Assembly (NCBI GenBank): GCA_029838195.1
Contig: JALGVJ010000003.1
Coordinates: 32,001-96,000 of the forward strand
Reading direction: 5' to 3'
Origin: Promethearchaeota archaeon
GTDB taxonomy: Archaea > Asgardarchaeota > Lokiarchaeia > Sigyniarchaeales > SOKP01
DNA length: 64,000 nucleotides
Part shown: positions 40,193-49,893 of the stretch, piece by piece
Layout: every line of letters begins with the position of its first letter
Position numbering within the stretch: the stretch's first letter is position 1
Program-made: the position numbers and the translations under genes
Notes under the pieces: generated by a model
Seen by the model: the letters and a program-made list of their open reading frames with translations, nothing else
Database searches by the model: none
Told to the model about the DNA's origin: nothing

Positions 40193-41476
40193 CTACTTAG
40201 ATTCAACGGTTTCCTTATACTTGAAATCTTTCGCTATTATAACGGGTATTAAAGCCAATAGAATAAAGATCGCCCCAACAAAATATATTAAGGGAGGTGG
40301 AACAGTTCCCTCTACTCCTTCTATCACGATGGGCTTCCCATATTGCATGGAAATTATTCCTCCTATAAGAGGGCCAAAAATCATTCCAATTAGAACCTCA
40401 AAGATCAAACAATATCCGCTAAATTGACCATACTTTTCGGGAGGATATAAATCCTTGATCCACGTTTGAACGGAAATGCGCCATGAAGTCATGAAAAGTA
40501 CCCATAGAACGCCCGTAATTATCAAGAAAATAAGATCCCTTGCTAAAGCATATAAACATAAGAATATGGCTTGGCAAATAAGAGAAAGAATGGCTATTTT
40601 TTTCCTTCCAAATTTATCGGTTAAGATGCCTATAGGAACACCCAAAATGATTGAAACCAATATGGCAATAGAAACCACTAATGCAGCTATTTCAAGAGGT
40701 AATCCCACGTGATGCTGGAGATAAATCAACACGAAAGGAAAATATACGTTAAAACCCACTGCGAATACTCCCATTCCAATTAGAAGTATGAAATAATTCT
40801 TGTTATTTCTCAGCATCTCTTTATTGAACGAGCTCTTAATATGTTGAAATACGCTAACTTGTAATGGTTTGAGATCTTCAGAATCTGTAGCTAAATAGAC
40901 ACCGGGCAGCCCCAACACTCCCGTGACAATTCCGGCGAGAATGAAAAAGAGGTAATATCCAACAGCTGACACGATAAATCCAGTAATAGCGTAAATAATC
41001 ATAAAAGATATGAGAGTCGTGACTTCCATAATACTTACGGCTTTTCCCCGATTTTCTAACGTGGTAACATCCGTGACGTAAGCAGTAAAGGCAGCATCAT
41101 ATGCAGTTGCCCCAAAATATGTCATGATACAATCAAAAATAATTGCCATGGCCACTGCAAGAATCACAGGTTTAAAAAAAGCAGCAAACGGAAATATGGC
41201 TGTGGTGAAGATCCAACCAATATATCCAAATATCATGAAAGCTCTTCTCTTTCCTCGCACATCGGAGATCGCACCCATTACGATAGCAGTAATCGTGGAC
41301 ATTACGGCTGAAATAGAGACCATTAGTGAAACATAAATGGGCACGGGAGCAATTTCATTATATAAAAAGACATTAAAAAATTGATTTTCTATGGCCCAAG
41401 CGATATTTCCTCCTAATGAAATTAAAAGAATGATGATAGCAGTTCTCTTTTCTAATTTAATTTTATTAGTACTCAT
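40193..41476 (-). CDS. MFS transporter
   Basis: About 12 TM segments, GAISDVRGKRR and GILTDKFGRK loop motifs. Confidence 0.9.
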   Translation of the reverse strand: MSTNKIKLEKRTAIIILLISLGGNIAWAIENQFFNVFLYNEIAPVPIYVSLMVSISAVMSTITAIVMGAISDVRGKRRAFMIFGYIGWIFTTAIFPFAAFFKPVILAVAMAIIFDCIMTYFGATAYDAAFTAYVTDVTTLENRGKAVSIMEVTTLISFMIIYAITGFIVSAVGYYLFFILAGIVTGVLGLPGVYLATDSEDLKPLQVSVFQHIKSSFNKEMLRNNKNYFILLIGMGVFAVGFNVYFPFVLIYLQHHVGLPLEIAALVVSIAILVSIILGVPIGILTDKFGRKKIAILSLICQAIFLCLYALARDLIFLIITGVLWVLFMTSWRISVQTWIKDLYPPEKYGQFSGYCLIFEVLIGMIFGPLIGGIISMQYGKPIVIEGVEGTVPPPLIYFVGAIFILLALIPVIIAKDFKYKETVESK

Positions 41477-41739
41477 GCTATATCCACCTTATTGTTAAAG
41501 TTAAATTTCTAAATCTTTAATTTAATTAATAGTTGCATTTTTAAATTATTAAAAAGACTTGAATCAAAGACTATTTGTTTATCTTTCCCATGAACATTTT
41601 TTTTAAAATGTTTAAAATATATAATTAATTACACAATATACATTTTTTAATTGGAAGATTTTTCTCATGGCTCATTTTTGAATGGAATCAAGTAGAAATG
41701 AGTCAATATTTACAATTAACATCATAAAGGGGAAAAAGA

Positions 41740-43149
41740 TTGGAAAATGATAACTTGAAAATTGATAATTTCGAGATTACTCATTCAAAATTACACATGG
41801 TATCATATGGATTTGGAGCTACCATCAATCAATTTTTTCAAATGGCCTTCTCTGCTCTGGGATTTTATTTTTATGAAGTAGAAATAGGATTAAATGTTTG
41901 GCTTACCAGTTTGGGGTATATAATCTTTGCAATATGGAATGCCATCAATGATCCTCTTAGTGGGTACCTAACAGACCGTCCATTTAAATTTACTCAAAAA
42001 TGGGGTCGCAGATTTCCTTGGATGCTCATCGGAGGCATTCCTTGGCTCTTTAGCTATATTTTAATTTTTTTCCCTCCTGATGTGGATCCTGATTCTGGAG
42101 CATTAATTCTTTTCATTTGGCTAGTTTTTACTACTTGCCTATTTGACACGTTCAATTCTTTATGGTGGGTAAATTTTTATTCATTATATCCCGACAAATT
42201 TCGCAGTGCGAGAGAAAGAAGAATTGCTGCGGGTATCATCACTCCCGTTGGCATTTTAGGCGTCGCTTTAGGAGGCATTATCCCTCCCTTGCTGATATCA
42301 TATGGTTCTAAGCAAACTTTTTTATATCAAGCGTTTGTTGTTGTAATGTTTAATGTAGTTTTTTTTTGTTTAGCCATTCCCGGCTGGAGAGATGATAAAG
42401 TAAATGTTGAGCGTTATTTAAAAAAATATAGAGAAAGTCAAAAAAATCAATCATTCGTGGAAGCCATAAAACTGTCCTTGAAACATAAAAACTTTAGAGT
42501 CTATATTATATTGAATATATTTTTTAGTGCCATGGGATTTTGTATACAAGCTTCAATTCCCTATGTCGTACGCTACGTGCTAGGCGCCAGTTCTAGTTCT
42601 CAAATAATTCTTCAAATAGCATTTCTCACTGGTTCTTTGGTATCAACTCCCCTTTGGATAAAATTTGCGAATAAAGTGAATAATAATCGAAAGGTTTTGA
42701 TTTTTTCGACTGTAATGATGATTATTTTTACCTTTCCCCTTTCATTTTTTACTGGTTTAATTTCTCTTTTCATTACCTTATTTTTATGGGGGTTTGCCTA
42801 TGGAGGGATGTGGAGTCTCATGCGCGCGTGCATTGCAGATGTTATTAATGAATCTATCGTGATTTCTGGAAAACGACAAGAAGGAGTCTATAATGGGATA
42901 ATGCAATTTTTTAGTCGTTTTGCTTTAATTCTTCAAGCTCTTACTTTTGCGATTATACATGGTCTTACGAATTTTGATGAAGAGGCGCCTATTCAATCCT
43001 CTGAGGCAATATGGGGTATCCAGCTTCATTTTGGCATCATTCCCATGATTTACATGATTATTGGAATTGCAGTATTTTGGAAATGGTATACACTTACTCC
43101 TTCTAAATTAAATTATTGTGAAATTAAAATAAGGGAAATGGGGCTCTAA
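41740..43149 (+). CDS. GPH/MelB-family MFS sugar transporter
   Basis: WNAINDPL.G..TD, WGRRFPW, ADV.......GKRQEGVY. Confidence 0.9.
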   Translation: MENDNLKIDNFEITHSKLHMVSYGFGATINQFFQMAFSALGFYFYEVEIGLNVWLTSLGYIIFAIWNAINDPLSGYLTDRPFKFTQKWGRRFPWMLIGGIPWLFSYILIFFPPDVDPDSGALILFIWLVFTTCLFDTFNSLWWVNFYSLYPDKFRSARERRIAAGIITPVGILGVALGGIIPPLLISYGSKQTFLYQAFVVVMFNVVFFCLAIPGWRDDKVNVERYLKKYRESQKNQSFVEAIKLSLKHKNFRVYIILNIFFSAMGFCIQASIPYVVRYVLGASSSSQIILQIAFLTGSLVSTPLWIKFANKVNNNRKVLIFSTVMMIIFTFPLSFFTGLISLFITLFLWGFAYGGMWSLMRACIADVINESIVISGKRQEGVYNGIMQFFSRFALILQALTFAIIHGLTNFDEEAPIQSSEAIWGIQLHFGIIPMIYMIIGIAVFWKWYTLTPSKLNYCEIKIREMGL

Positions 43150-43403
43150 TTAAAGAACCAAGCTTCTTGTTTACATTATAAAGAGGCATGGATTTTTTTT
43201 CAAGTAAGAGACCATGTATTTTTAATATTTTTTTGTTCTTAGCTTAATTTTTGGGAGTTAAATCATGAAATAATAGTATAGCAAGAAAAGCAGAAAAATA
43301 AAGAATTAGAGGGATTGAAGCCATTAAAATTAGTATTTCAAAGAGTGCGAAGGGTGCTTGAGTAGGGGTTCCGGATTGATAATGCGTCAGCTCATGAATG
43401 AAG

Positions 43404-43538
43404 GCAATTATTGTTGATGTTCGAATCCGCATGATGCTCACGTCCCTCTTTTTTATGAAATAGAAAAGCATTAAAAGAAGGAAATAAAAGATCAAACAAA
43501 CAAACAATAAAAAAACACAAAACTTAAGTTGTTTAATT
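43404..43538. repeat. ~135-bp direct repeat, copy 2
   Basis: Matches 38302-38436 at an offset of 5,102 bp. Confidence 0.9.
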
Positions 43539-43582
43539 TAAAAAGGGTTCTTTAATGTAGATAGTGAATTTCACGTTTCAGT

Positions 43583-44185
43583 TTAACGCTTCTTTAATCT
43601 TTCAGCAATCAATTCGAGATATGATTTTCGAATGGATTGGTGTTCTTTAATCCCAAATTGAGCTAAGAAATTAAAAAGCATGGTACGTGCTTTTTCTAAT
43701 TCTTGTTCGTTTTCCACTAACATTTCAACTTCAATAAAATGTTCCTTTAAAATTGGAATATAATCAATTAAAACCTCAATTTTTTCTCCGTTAAAAATGA
43801 ATTCATAGAATTCTCGTTCTTTTTTTACCGTGAAAATCTCTCGAAAACCTAATGATTTAAGAATGGTTTTCATGATTTCTCCATCTTGTACTTGGGTTTC
43901 CCATTCATTTCTTGTTTTGGTCGTAGAGTCTATTTTTCTTCCTTTGTAAGTAATGAAAAAATTAATTTTTGGGGTGCTTTTACCCTCATTAGAGGGATCA
44001 AATTCCATTGACTTGCGAATTCTTAGAGCCTCATCGGTTTTTCTAAAATCCCTTAGCTTTAAAGGCATGTTAAAATAAGTATCTTCATGATAAAGCGTGA
44101 GAACATGTTTGCCATGGAAATTCCGAAATTTATTTTTCATTTCTTCTGGATCTGAGATTTTCACTTTTATCTCTGCTTCAATCAA
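43583..44185 (-). CDS. cyaB: CYTH-domain protein (class IV adenylate cyclase-like)
   Basis: EAEIK, DTYF, ALRIR, TYKG, EVE, SYLEL. Confidence 0.88.
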   Translation of the reverse strand: MIEAEIKVKISDPEEMKNKFRNFHGKHVLTLYHEDTYFNMPLKLRDFRKTDEALRIRKSMEFDPSNEGKSTPKINFFITYKGRKIDSTTKTRNEWETQVQDGEIMKTILKSLGFREIFTVKKEREFYEFIFNGEKIEVLIDYIPILKEHFIEVEMLVENEQELEKARTMLFNFLAQFGIKEHQSIRKSYLELIAERLKKR

Positions 44186-44303
44186 GGGGCATGTACTCTT
44201 ATTTTAATTTTTTATAATAAGTATGTAAGATTAATAAATATAAAAAATACTTTAGTTTCAAAAAACATTAGGATAAAGGGAAATTATCATTAATCTACGA
44301 GAG

Positions 44304-45239
44304 TTGGTTAAGAAATATGGGTATTTAGAGTATATGATTAAAAGATACATCGATTTTTTAGGGGAGCATGATACTTTAAAATTACTTGAAGCTAATGAAA
44401 CGCCTCTCACGCCATCCATCCGTGTAAATACCTTAAAAATAACACCAGAGCAATTAAAAACAAGACTGGAAAAAAAAGGGTTTCAATTGGAAAGGGTTGA
44501 ATGGATATCCCATGCATTTAAAGTAAAAAAAGAAACCCTTAATTTAGGCTCTACTCATGAATATTTAAAGGGTTATTATTACATTCAAAATGTAACATCG
44601 ATGCTTCCATCCTTAATTTTAAATCCACGACCCAATCAACTCGTGATTGATATGGCGGCAGCGCCAGGAGGAAAAGGAACTCACCTTGCTCAATTAATGA
44701 ATAATCAAGGAACTTTAATTTTGATAGATCGTAATAGAAAGAGAATTCTTTCCCTTGAAATGAATATTAGACGATTGGGAGTCACCAATGCCATGATTCT
44801 TCATCAAGATTCCATCCTATTATCAAAATTAAATGTTATGGCTGATAAGATCTTACTGGATGCACCTTGTACGGGAGAAGGGTTAATTAGAATTGACAAA
44901 ACTCGAAAAAAGAGTAAAAAAATGAGTCATCTTAAAAAAATGAACACTATTCAGAAAACATTATTAAAAGAAGGGCTATCCTGCTTAAAGAAGGGAGGGC
45001 ACTTAATATATAGCACGTGTTCCATTGCTCCCGAAGAAAATGAACTTGTCATTAATGCGATATTAAAAAATCAACCAAATTTTAAAATTGAAAAAATTTC
45101 CAAGCAATACGGGGTAGAAGGATTGACAAGCGTCTATGGAGAAACACTTTTACCGGATTTAAAACATGCTCAACGTTTTTATCCCCATGTTCATGATACG
45201 ATTGGTTTTTTTATTTGCTTAATTAGGAGGAGGTCATGA
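44304..45239 (+). CDS. RsmB/NOP2 family RNA m5C methyltransferase
   Basis: IRVNTLK, DMAAAPGGK, DAPCTG, YSTCS..PEENE. Confidence 0.92.
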   Translation: MVKKYGYLEYMIKRYIDFLGEHDTLKLLEANETPLTPSIRVNTLKITPEQLKTRLEKKGFQLERVEWISHAFKVKKETLNLGSTHEYLKGYYYIQNVTSMLPSLILNPRPNQLVIDMAAAPGGKGTHLAQLMNNQGTLILIDRNRKRILSLEMNIRRLGVTNAMILHQDSILLSKLNVMADKILLDAPCTGEGLIRIDKTRKKSKKMSHLKKMNTIQKTLLKEGLSCLKKGGHLIYSTCSIAPEENELVINAILKNQPNFKIEKISKQYGVEGLTSVYGETLLPDLKHAQRFYPHVHDTIGFFICLIRRRS

Positions 45240-45267
45240 ACGAAAAATATTAAATTAAGGTCGCATT

Positions 45268-45855
45268 CTACTTTTCTCGTCGAATATAATAGCCTTTATC
45301 AATTAGATTTAAAGCCACGATTTCATCTTTATTCGCAACCATGAAAGATGCGTGATCTTTCTTTAAGCGTGCCATTGCTAACAATTCATCGTTTTCATTT
45401 AAGACCAAGGCTATTTTAGTTTTCATTTTGGAATATTGAAGTTCCAGAATCATGCCTTTTTTAATGGGATTCCCATATAAAATCGATTTTTCTCCGTTTT
45501 CGGTAACTATTATCTTGTTTAAATGTCCGAATAGCTGACGCTGATACAAGAATTCCATTCCCTCTAAGCTCATGAAAAATTTACCCTTATTAATAAATCC
45601 AAAATAAATTCCGGAAGAAATTATTTCGCTTTTTTTACGAAAATCTTCTACTTTGGCTACTAAATCATGCGGAACTAAATAAACTCGAGGGGAATTTTTC
45701 TCGGTTCTAAGAGGAGATAGAGAAAAATATATCTTATACCCAAGATTTGAAATCGTTGATACAATATCATCAATGATATTGGAACTGGAGGTATTTAGTA
45801 TTTCTGCCTCAATTTTATTAAGAGGTCGAAAGGTGCTAGTCAAATACTCCACCAT
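45268..45855 (-). CDS. NIP7-like PUA-domain ribosome biogenesis protein
   Basis: FRPL, GIYFG, GEKSILYG, LIDKGYYIR; adjacent to NOP2. Confidence 0.8.
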   Translation of the reverse strand: MVEYLTSTFRPLNKIEAEILNTSSSNIIDDIVSTISNLGYKIYFSLSPLRTEKNSPRVYLVPHDLVAKVEDFRKKSEIISSGIYFGFINKGKFFMSLEGMEFLYQRQLFGHLNKIIVTENGEKSILYGNPIKKGMILELQYSKMKTKIALVLNENDELLAMARLKKDHASFMVANKDEIVALNLIDKGYYIRREK

Positions 45856-45927
45856 GATTTAAAATTAAATACATGAATTTTTATATTAATACTACATGAA
45901 ATAATAAAAAAATTTGAGATATGAACC

Positions 45928-46644
45928 ATGGGCTTAAAAAAAATTGATGATGAAATTGATTTCAAAGAAGCCATGCGAAAAAAAGCTGCTGAGTTAAAAA
46001 TAAAAGAGATTCAATCCAAAGCTAGAGTGGAAAATTTAACAAAAGAGCGGCTGGCTGAACTTGCTAAAAAGCATGGAGTCCTTCTTGCTCTTACCCCAGA
46101 ATTGAAGGAGGAGGTTAAATATCTACAAGAAAAATATAATATTCCTTCTTCAAGAATTATTACGGAACAACTTAAAGAAGAAGATGTCATTGGACGGTTT
46201 TCTCGCATTGATCATGAAAAATTAGGAATGCTGGCCTATCAGAGAGTTTTATTGCGGAAAGAAGAAATAGGAGTTGGCCTCATTCCCATATCAGAAGTTT
46301 ATGATTTGGTGAATACTGGCCCTCTAAAAGGGATCTTAGACATCAAGGATGTGATTAAAGCAATGAATACCTTAAAAAAGAATAAAGTAATCGAAGACGT
46401 GAAAAAATTGGAATCAGGAGTAATCATGGTGCAATTCTTTCCAATTCAATACACGAGCGATGAAGTCAAGGTAATAGAATTAGCAAGAGAAAAAGGTTAT
46501 TTATCTTTAGAAGAGGTATGTTCAACTTTAAACTGGTCGCAAGATAGGGCTTTACGGACGCTTCAATCATTGGAAAATAGTGGACTTGCGAAATTCAGAG
46601 ACCACATTATAAAAGGAAAACAATGGTATTTTCCCTCTATTTAG
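45928..46644 (+). CDS. ESCRT-II Vps22/Vps36 (EAP30-like) protein
   Basis: Tandem wH with DVIKAM..L and W..DRA...L..L...GLA...WYFP; located in the ESCRT cluster. Confidence 0.8.
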   Translation: MGLKKIDDEIDFKEAMRKKAAELKIKEIQSKARVENLTKERLAELAKKHGVLLALTPELKEEVKYLQEKYNIPSSRIITEQLKEEDVIGRFSRIDHEKLGMLAYQRVLLRKEEIGVGLIPISEVYDLVNTGPLKGILDIKDVIKAMNTLKKNKVIEDVKKLESGVIMVQFFPIQYTSDEVKVIELAREKGYLSLEEVCSTLNWSQDRALRTLQSLENSGLAKFRDHIIKGKQWYFPSI

Positions 46645-46665
46645 TTTTTGAAAAGAGTCTTTTTC

Positions 46666-47553
46666 TTAATCAATTTCTATTTTTAAAGCTTGACGGCCAC
46701 TCGCAAGCTTGATAATTACTGCTTTCTTGTTTTTTGCCAGCATTTTAAAGATTTCATTGATATCTTCTTGGGGAAGCGTGCTAAACTCCTTATTGGCTTC
46801 TCGAATTTCATGAATTAAAATGGGTTCTAGCTTTCCAAGTTCCAGCGCCCAATCGTAGATCTCCTCTGCCCAAGAATCGAGACTCTTCCAATATATTCGA
46901 ACTTTATCTCTCTTTTTAGAAAGCCATTTTGCAAGATCCTGGTCAATTAACTCTTCAATAATCTCATCAATCGCTTGCTTTCTATTTTGAAATTTGGAAA
47001 ATGGTTTTTCAGCATAAAGCTGTTTCAAATATAAAATATGAAGAACTGCGTATCTTGAATAATCAAATAATACCTTTGCCCATTCTTCTCGCCATGACTG
47101 ATAATCATTGGGATTTTTCTTCTTGTTTGGAATGGAGTACATGAATTCATATCTCGGCTCTTCCAACCACGGATAATCTCTTTTTAAAAACTCATAGGGT
47201 TCTAATTCTTTTTCTATTAACCCGGTCTCTCCAATAATTTCTTTTTCTAATGCATTTAACTCAGATTCCACGAAATCCGTATGCGGTTCATAAGTCTTTT
47301 GATCCTCCAGAACTAACTGCCCGCTTAACACGTTTTCAATTTTCTTTAAACGCCCCTCAATTTCTTCATAGCCCCCTGAGCTGCTCTCTTTCGGAGAAAT
47401 TTCATCTCGAGACTCCTGTTGCTTTAATAATTCTTTTTGCCTTTTAAGGGCTTTCAAGCGAGCAAGTTCTTCCCGCAATCGAGCAATTTCATTCTCAGTT
47501 TTTTCCCTTAAATCTTTAGAAATTACCTTAATTTGTTTTTTTTGCCTTTCCAT
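46666..47553 (-). CDS. ESCRT-II Vps25-like protein with an N-terminal coiled coil
   Basis: WREEW, YWKSLDSWAEEIYDWA, E...LP pattern; follows vps4. Confidence 0.8.
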   Translation of the reverse strand: MERQKKQIKVISKDLREKTENEIARLREELARLKALKRQKELLKQQESRDEISPKESSSGGYEEIEGRLKKIENVLSGQLVLEDQKTYEPHTDFVESELNALEKEIIGETGLIEKELEPYEFLKRDYPWLEEPRYEFMYSIPNKKKNPNDYQSWREEWAKVLFDYSRYAVLHILYLKQLYAEKPFSKFQNRKQAIDEIIEELIDQDLAKWLSKKRDKVRIYWKSLDSWAEEIYDWALELGKLEPILIHEIREANKEFSTLPQEDINEIFKMLAKNKKAVIIKLASGRQALKIEID

Positions 47554-47593
47554 TTTTCATTCCTTTTTTTAACATGATTTCTTTCAAATTCAG

Positions 47594-48811
47594 TTATTGC
47601 TCGCCAAACTCTTCAGCCCATTTTTCATATTCTTCTAAATCCTTCTTGGTGGTCATGGGCTTTACTTTTTTCATGGTGTTCAAGAAATCTTCTAAAACTA
47701 AATCCCTTACCTTAATTTCCTTACTCGAATCTTCTAAAAGCCCTTTCATGTCTAATTCTCGAATGGGAATCATTATTACTTCTCTACACACGTTTGAAAT
47801 ATCTCGTCCGCTGTATCCCTCTGATCTGACGGCTAATTCTATAAAATCATCGTCAGTTAACGCCATGTTAACGCCAGCCGTATGAATTCTAAAAATAGCG
47901 GCTCTGGCTTCTAAATCAGGAAGAGGAACGTATACTTTTTTCTGAAATCTACTTAGCATGGCATTATCTATATCCCATGGACGATTAGTGGCCCCTAATG
48001 TCAACAACACTTTCTCCGCAGTCGATTTTACTCCTTGAATTTCACTAAGTAATTGGGTTTTTACCCTCCTCTCTCCCCCACTTTCGGATCCCGTACCTCT
48101 CTTGGTCGCAATAGAGTCAATCTCATCAATAAAAATCAAGCTAGGGGCTTTGATTTTCGCCACTCTAAATAGGGCACTTATTAATTTCTCACTCTCTCCT
48201 AACCACTTGCTTAATAAATCTGCAGATGACACGCTGAAAAAGGTCGCTTTACATTCCGTTGCTGCGGCTTTTGCTAACAGTGTTTTTCCACAACCGGGAG
48301 GACCAAATAATAAAATACCGGACCATGGCTTTCTTGCACCGATAAATAATTCTGGTCGGATGATGGGCAATACGATGGCTTCTCGCAAATTTTGCTTCAC
48401 GTTTTCTAACCCCGCAATATCATTCCATCGGACGTTGGGTGATTCAGTGAGAATCGTACCAGAAATCATGTTAATGATTTCTTGCTGTTCCTCTGAATAC
48501 ATGCCCTCATCCGTAGCTAATTTATCATCTTCCGCCTTACCGGAAGCCGCCGCCGTACCGGAATGCCTGGCTTTCGGACCACTCAGTTTCATTTTAATCT
48601 GCTTGGCACGTTCCAAGTATTCTTGTATAGTAGCCTCACAACGCTTTCTCATGATGGGATTCTTATTATATTTGGTGAATTCTATGAGGATCTCGGCAGC
48701 ACGGAAATATTTATTCATTGCTTCCCTATACTGTCCTTTTGCATCCAAAGCCACCGCTGCATTTGCCTCCTGCTTGGCATATAACAACAATCTAGAGTCA
48801 GAACTGCTCAT
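47594..48811 (-). CDS. vps4: Vps4 AAA+ ATPase with MIT domain
   Basis: MIT N-terminus, PNVRWNDIAGL, GPPGCGKT, SKWLGESEK, FIDEID, C-terminal EEFG. Confidence 0.95.
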   Translation of the reverse strand: MSSSDSRLLLYAKQEANAAVALDAKGQYREAMNKYFRAAEILIEFTKYNKNPIMRKRCEATIQEYLERAKQIKMKLSGPKARHSGTAAASGKAEDDKLATDEGMYSEEQQEIINMISGTILTESPNVRWNDIAGLENVKQNLREAIVLPIIRPELFIGARKPWSGILLFGPPGCGKTLLAKAAATECKATFFSVSSADLLSKWLGESEKLISALFRVAKIKAPSLIFIDEIDSIATKRGTGSESGGERRVKTQLLSEIQGVKSTAEKVLLTLGATNRPWDIDNAMLSRFQKKVYVPLPDLEARAAIFRIHTAGVNMALTDDDFIELAVRSEGYSGRDISNVCREVIMIPIRELDMKGLLEDSSKEIKVRDLVLEDFLNTMKKVKPMTTKKDLEEYEKWAEEFGEQ

Positions 48812-49128
48812 TTTTAACCCTCAATTTGATTTTTTCCATTCCATACTTCTACTTATTTTAAATAAGAAAATCTTGATATTTATACCTATTTTTTGAAATA
48901 TTCATGTCAAGAAAGTTATACTTTACTAAGATCAAACTCTATTTCAAATTTATCTCCCCAAAACCCTCCTTTCTCACATGAAAATCGGACTCATTAAAAT
49001 TAAATATCTTAAATTTCTTCTTTTCTATAAATATATTTTAATAAAATACTTTATATTTTTAATAGAGTCATGAAATATTTTTTACACGTGCATATTAAAA
49101 ATAACCTTTACAATAATGGTGATGAGAT

Positions 49129-49758
49129 ATAGGATTTTTAAAAGATTTAAGCAATTGGCTCTCTGGAGGTAGAGGAAAAACCGATTCCGTCCGTTCCGCC
49201 GCCATCAAGTTAAAAGTGTTCAACAAGCGATTGGCTCGGCAAGCAAAAAAACTCGAAATGAGCGCAAAACTTGCAAGAGATAAAGCCGTCCGATTACGGC
49301 GAGAAGGAGATCTAGAAGGCTCTAAATTCCATGCCCGTAATTACCTGCAAGTCAAAAAACAGGCCAGAGCCATTGAAGTATTTAGAACTAACCTCGAAGG
49401 ACTTCAATTCAAGCTAGAACAAGCAAACGCCATTAGTGATGTCTCCCAAATCATGGGGGGTATCGCCCAATCCTTAGCTCGATTAAAAGCAAGCTTATCT
49501 CTCCCTCAACTCACGGAAATCATGAAAAATGTCCAGGTGGACATGGAAGATTTTGCGATCACTACTGATATCGCTAGTGAAGGCATGGACGAGATTACTT
49601 TGGACACGGCAGTTACGGATAGTGATGTGGACGAGGTTTTGGGTGAAATTGATGCGGAAATCGGCGTGGAAATGGGAACTGCCCTTCCAACAGTAAAAGG
49701 CGATGAAAAGATAGCTGATTTGGAAAAAGAATTAAACCGCTTGAAGTCAAGAGATTAG
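49129..49758 (+). CDS. ESCRT-III subunit, Vps2/24/46 class
   Basis: Snf7-like helices and a C-terminal MIM1-like DLEKELNRLK. An ATA start at 49129 after GGTGA adds MGFLKDLSNWLSGG; the ORF track starts at GTG 49216. Confidence 0.88.
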   Translation: MGFLKDLSNWLSGGRGKTDSVRSAAIKLKVFNKRLARQAKKLEMSAKLARDKAVRLRREGDLEGSKFHARNYLQVKKQARAIEVFRTNLEGLQFKLEQANAISDVSQIMGGIAQSLARLKASLSLPQLTEIMKNVQVDMEDFAITTDIASEGMDEITLDTAVTDSDVDEVLGEIDAEIGVEMGTALPTVKGDEKIADLEKELNRLKSRD

Positions 49759-49893
49759 AAACTTATTATGTTTTTGCTTACAATAAAGATACCATGCGCA
49801 ACTGGGTTAAAGACCAGAATTTTTTTAAATTAATTATTATTTGTTTTAATGCCCCGTATTCACTCATTTAATAGATAAATTGGAGAAAAAGGC

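Noticed and set aside
43244-43507. 87-aa hydrophobic ORF
   Set aside because: Largely overlaps the U-rich repeat, and the other copy ends after about 40 codons; coding status unsupported
48102-48896. 264-aa + strand ORF
   Set aside because: Antisense shadow of vps4 with no recognisable motifs
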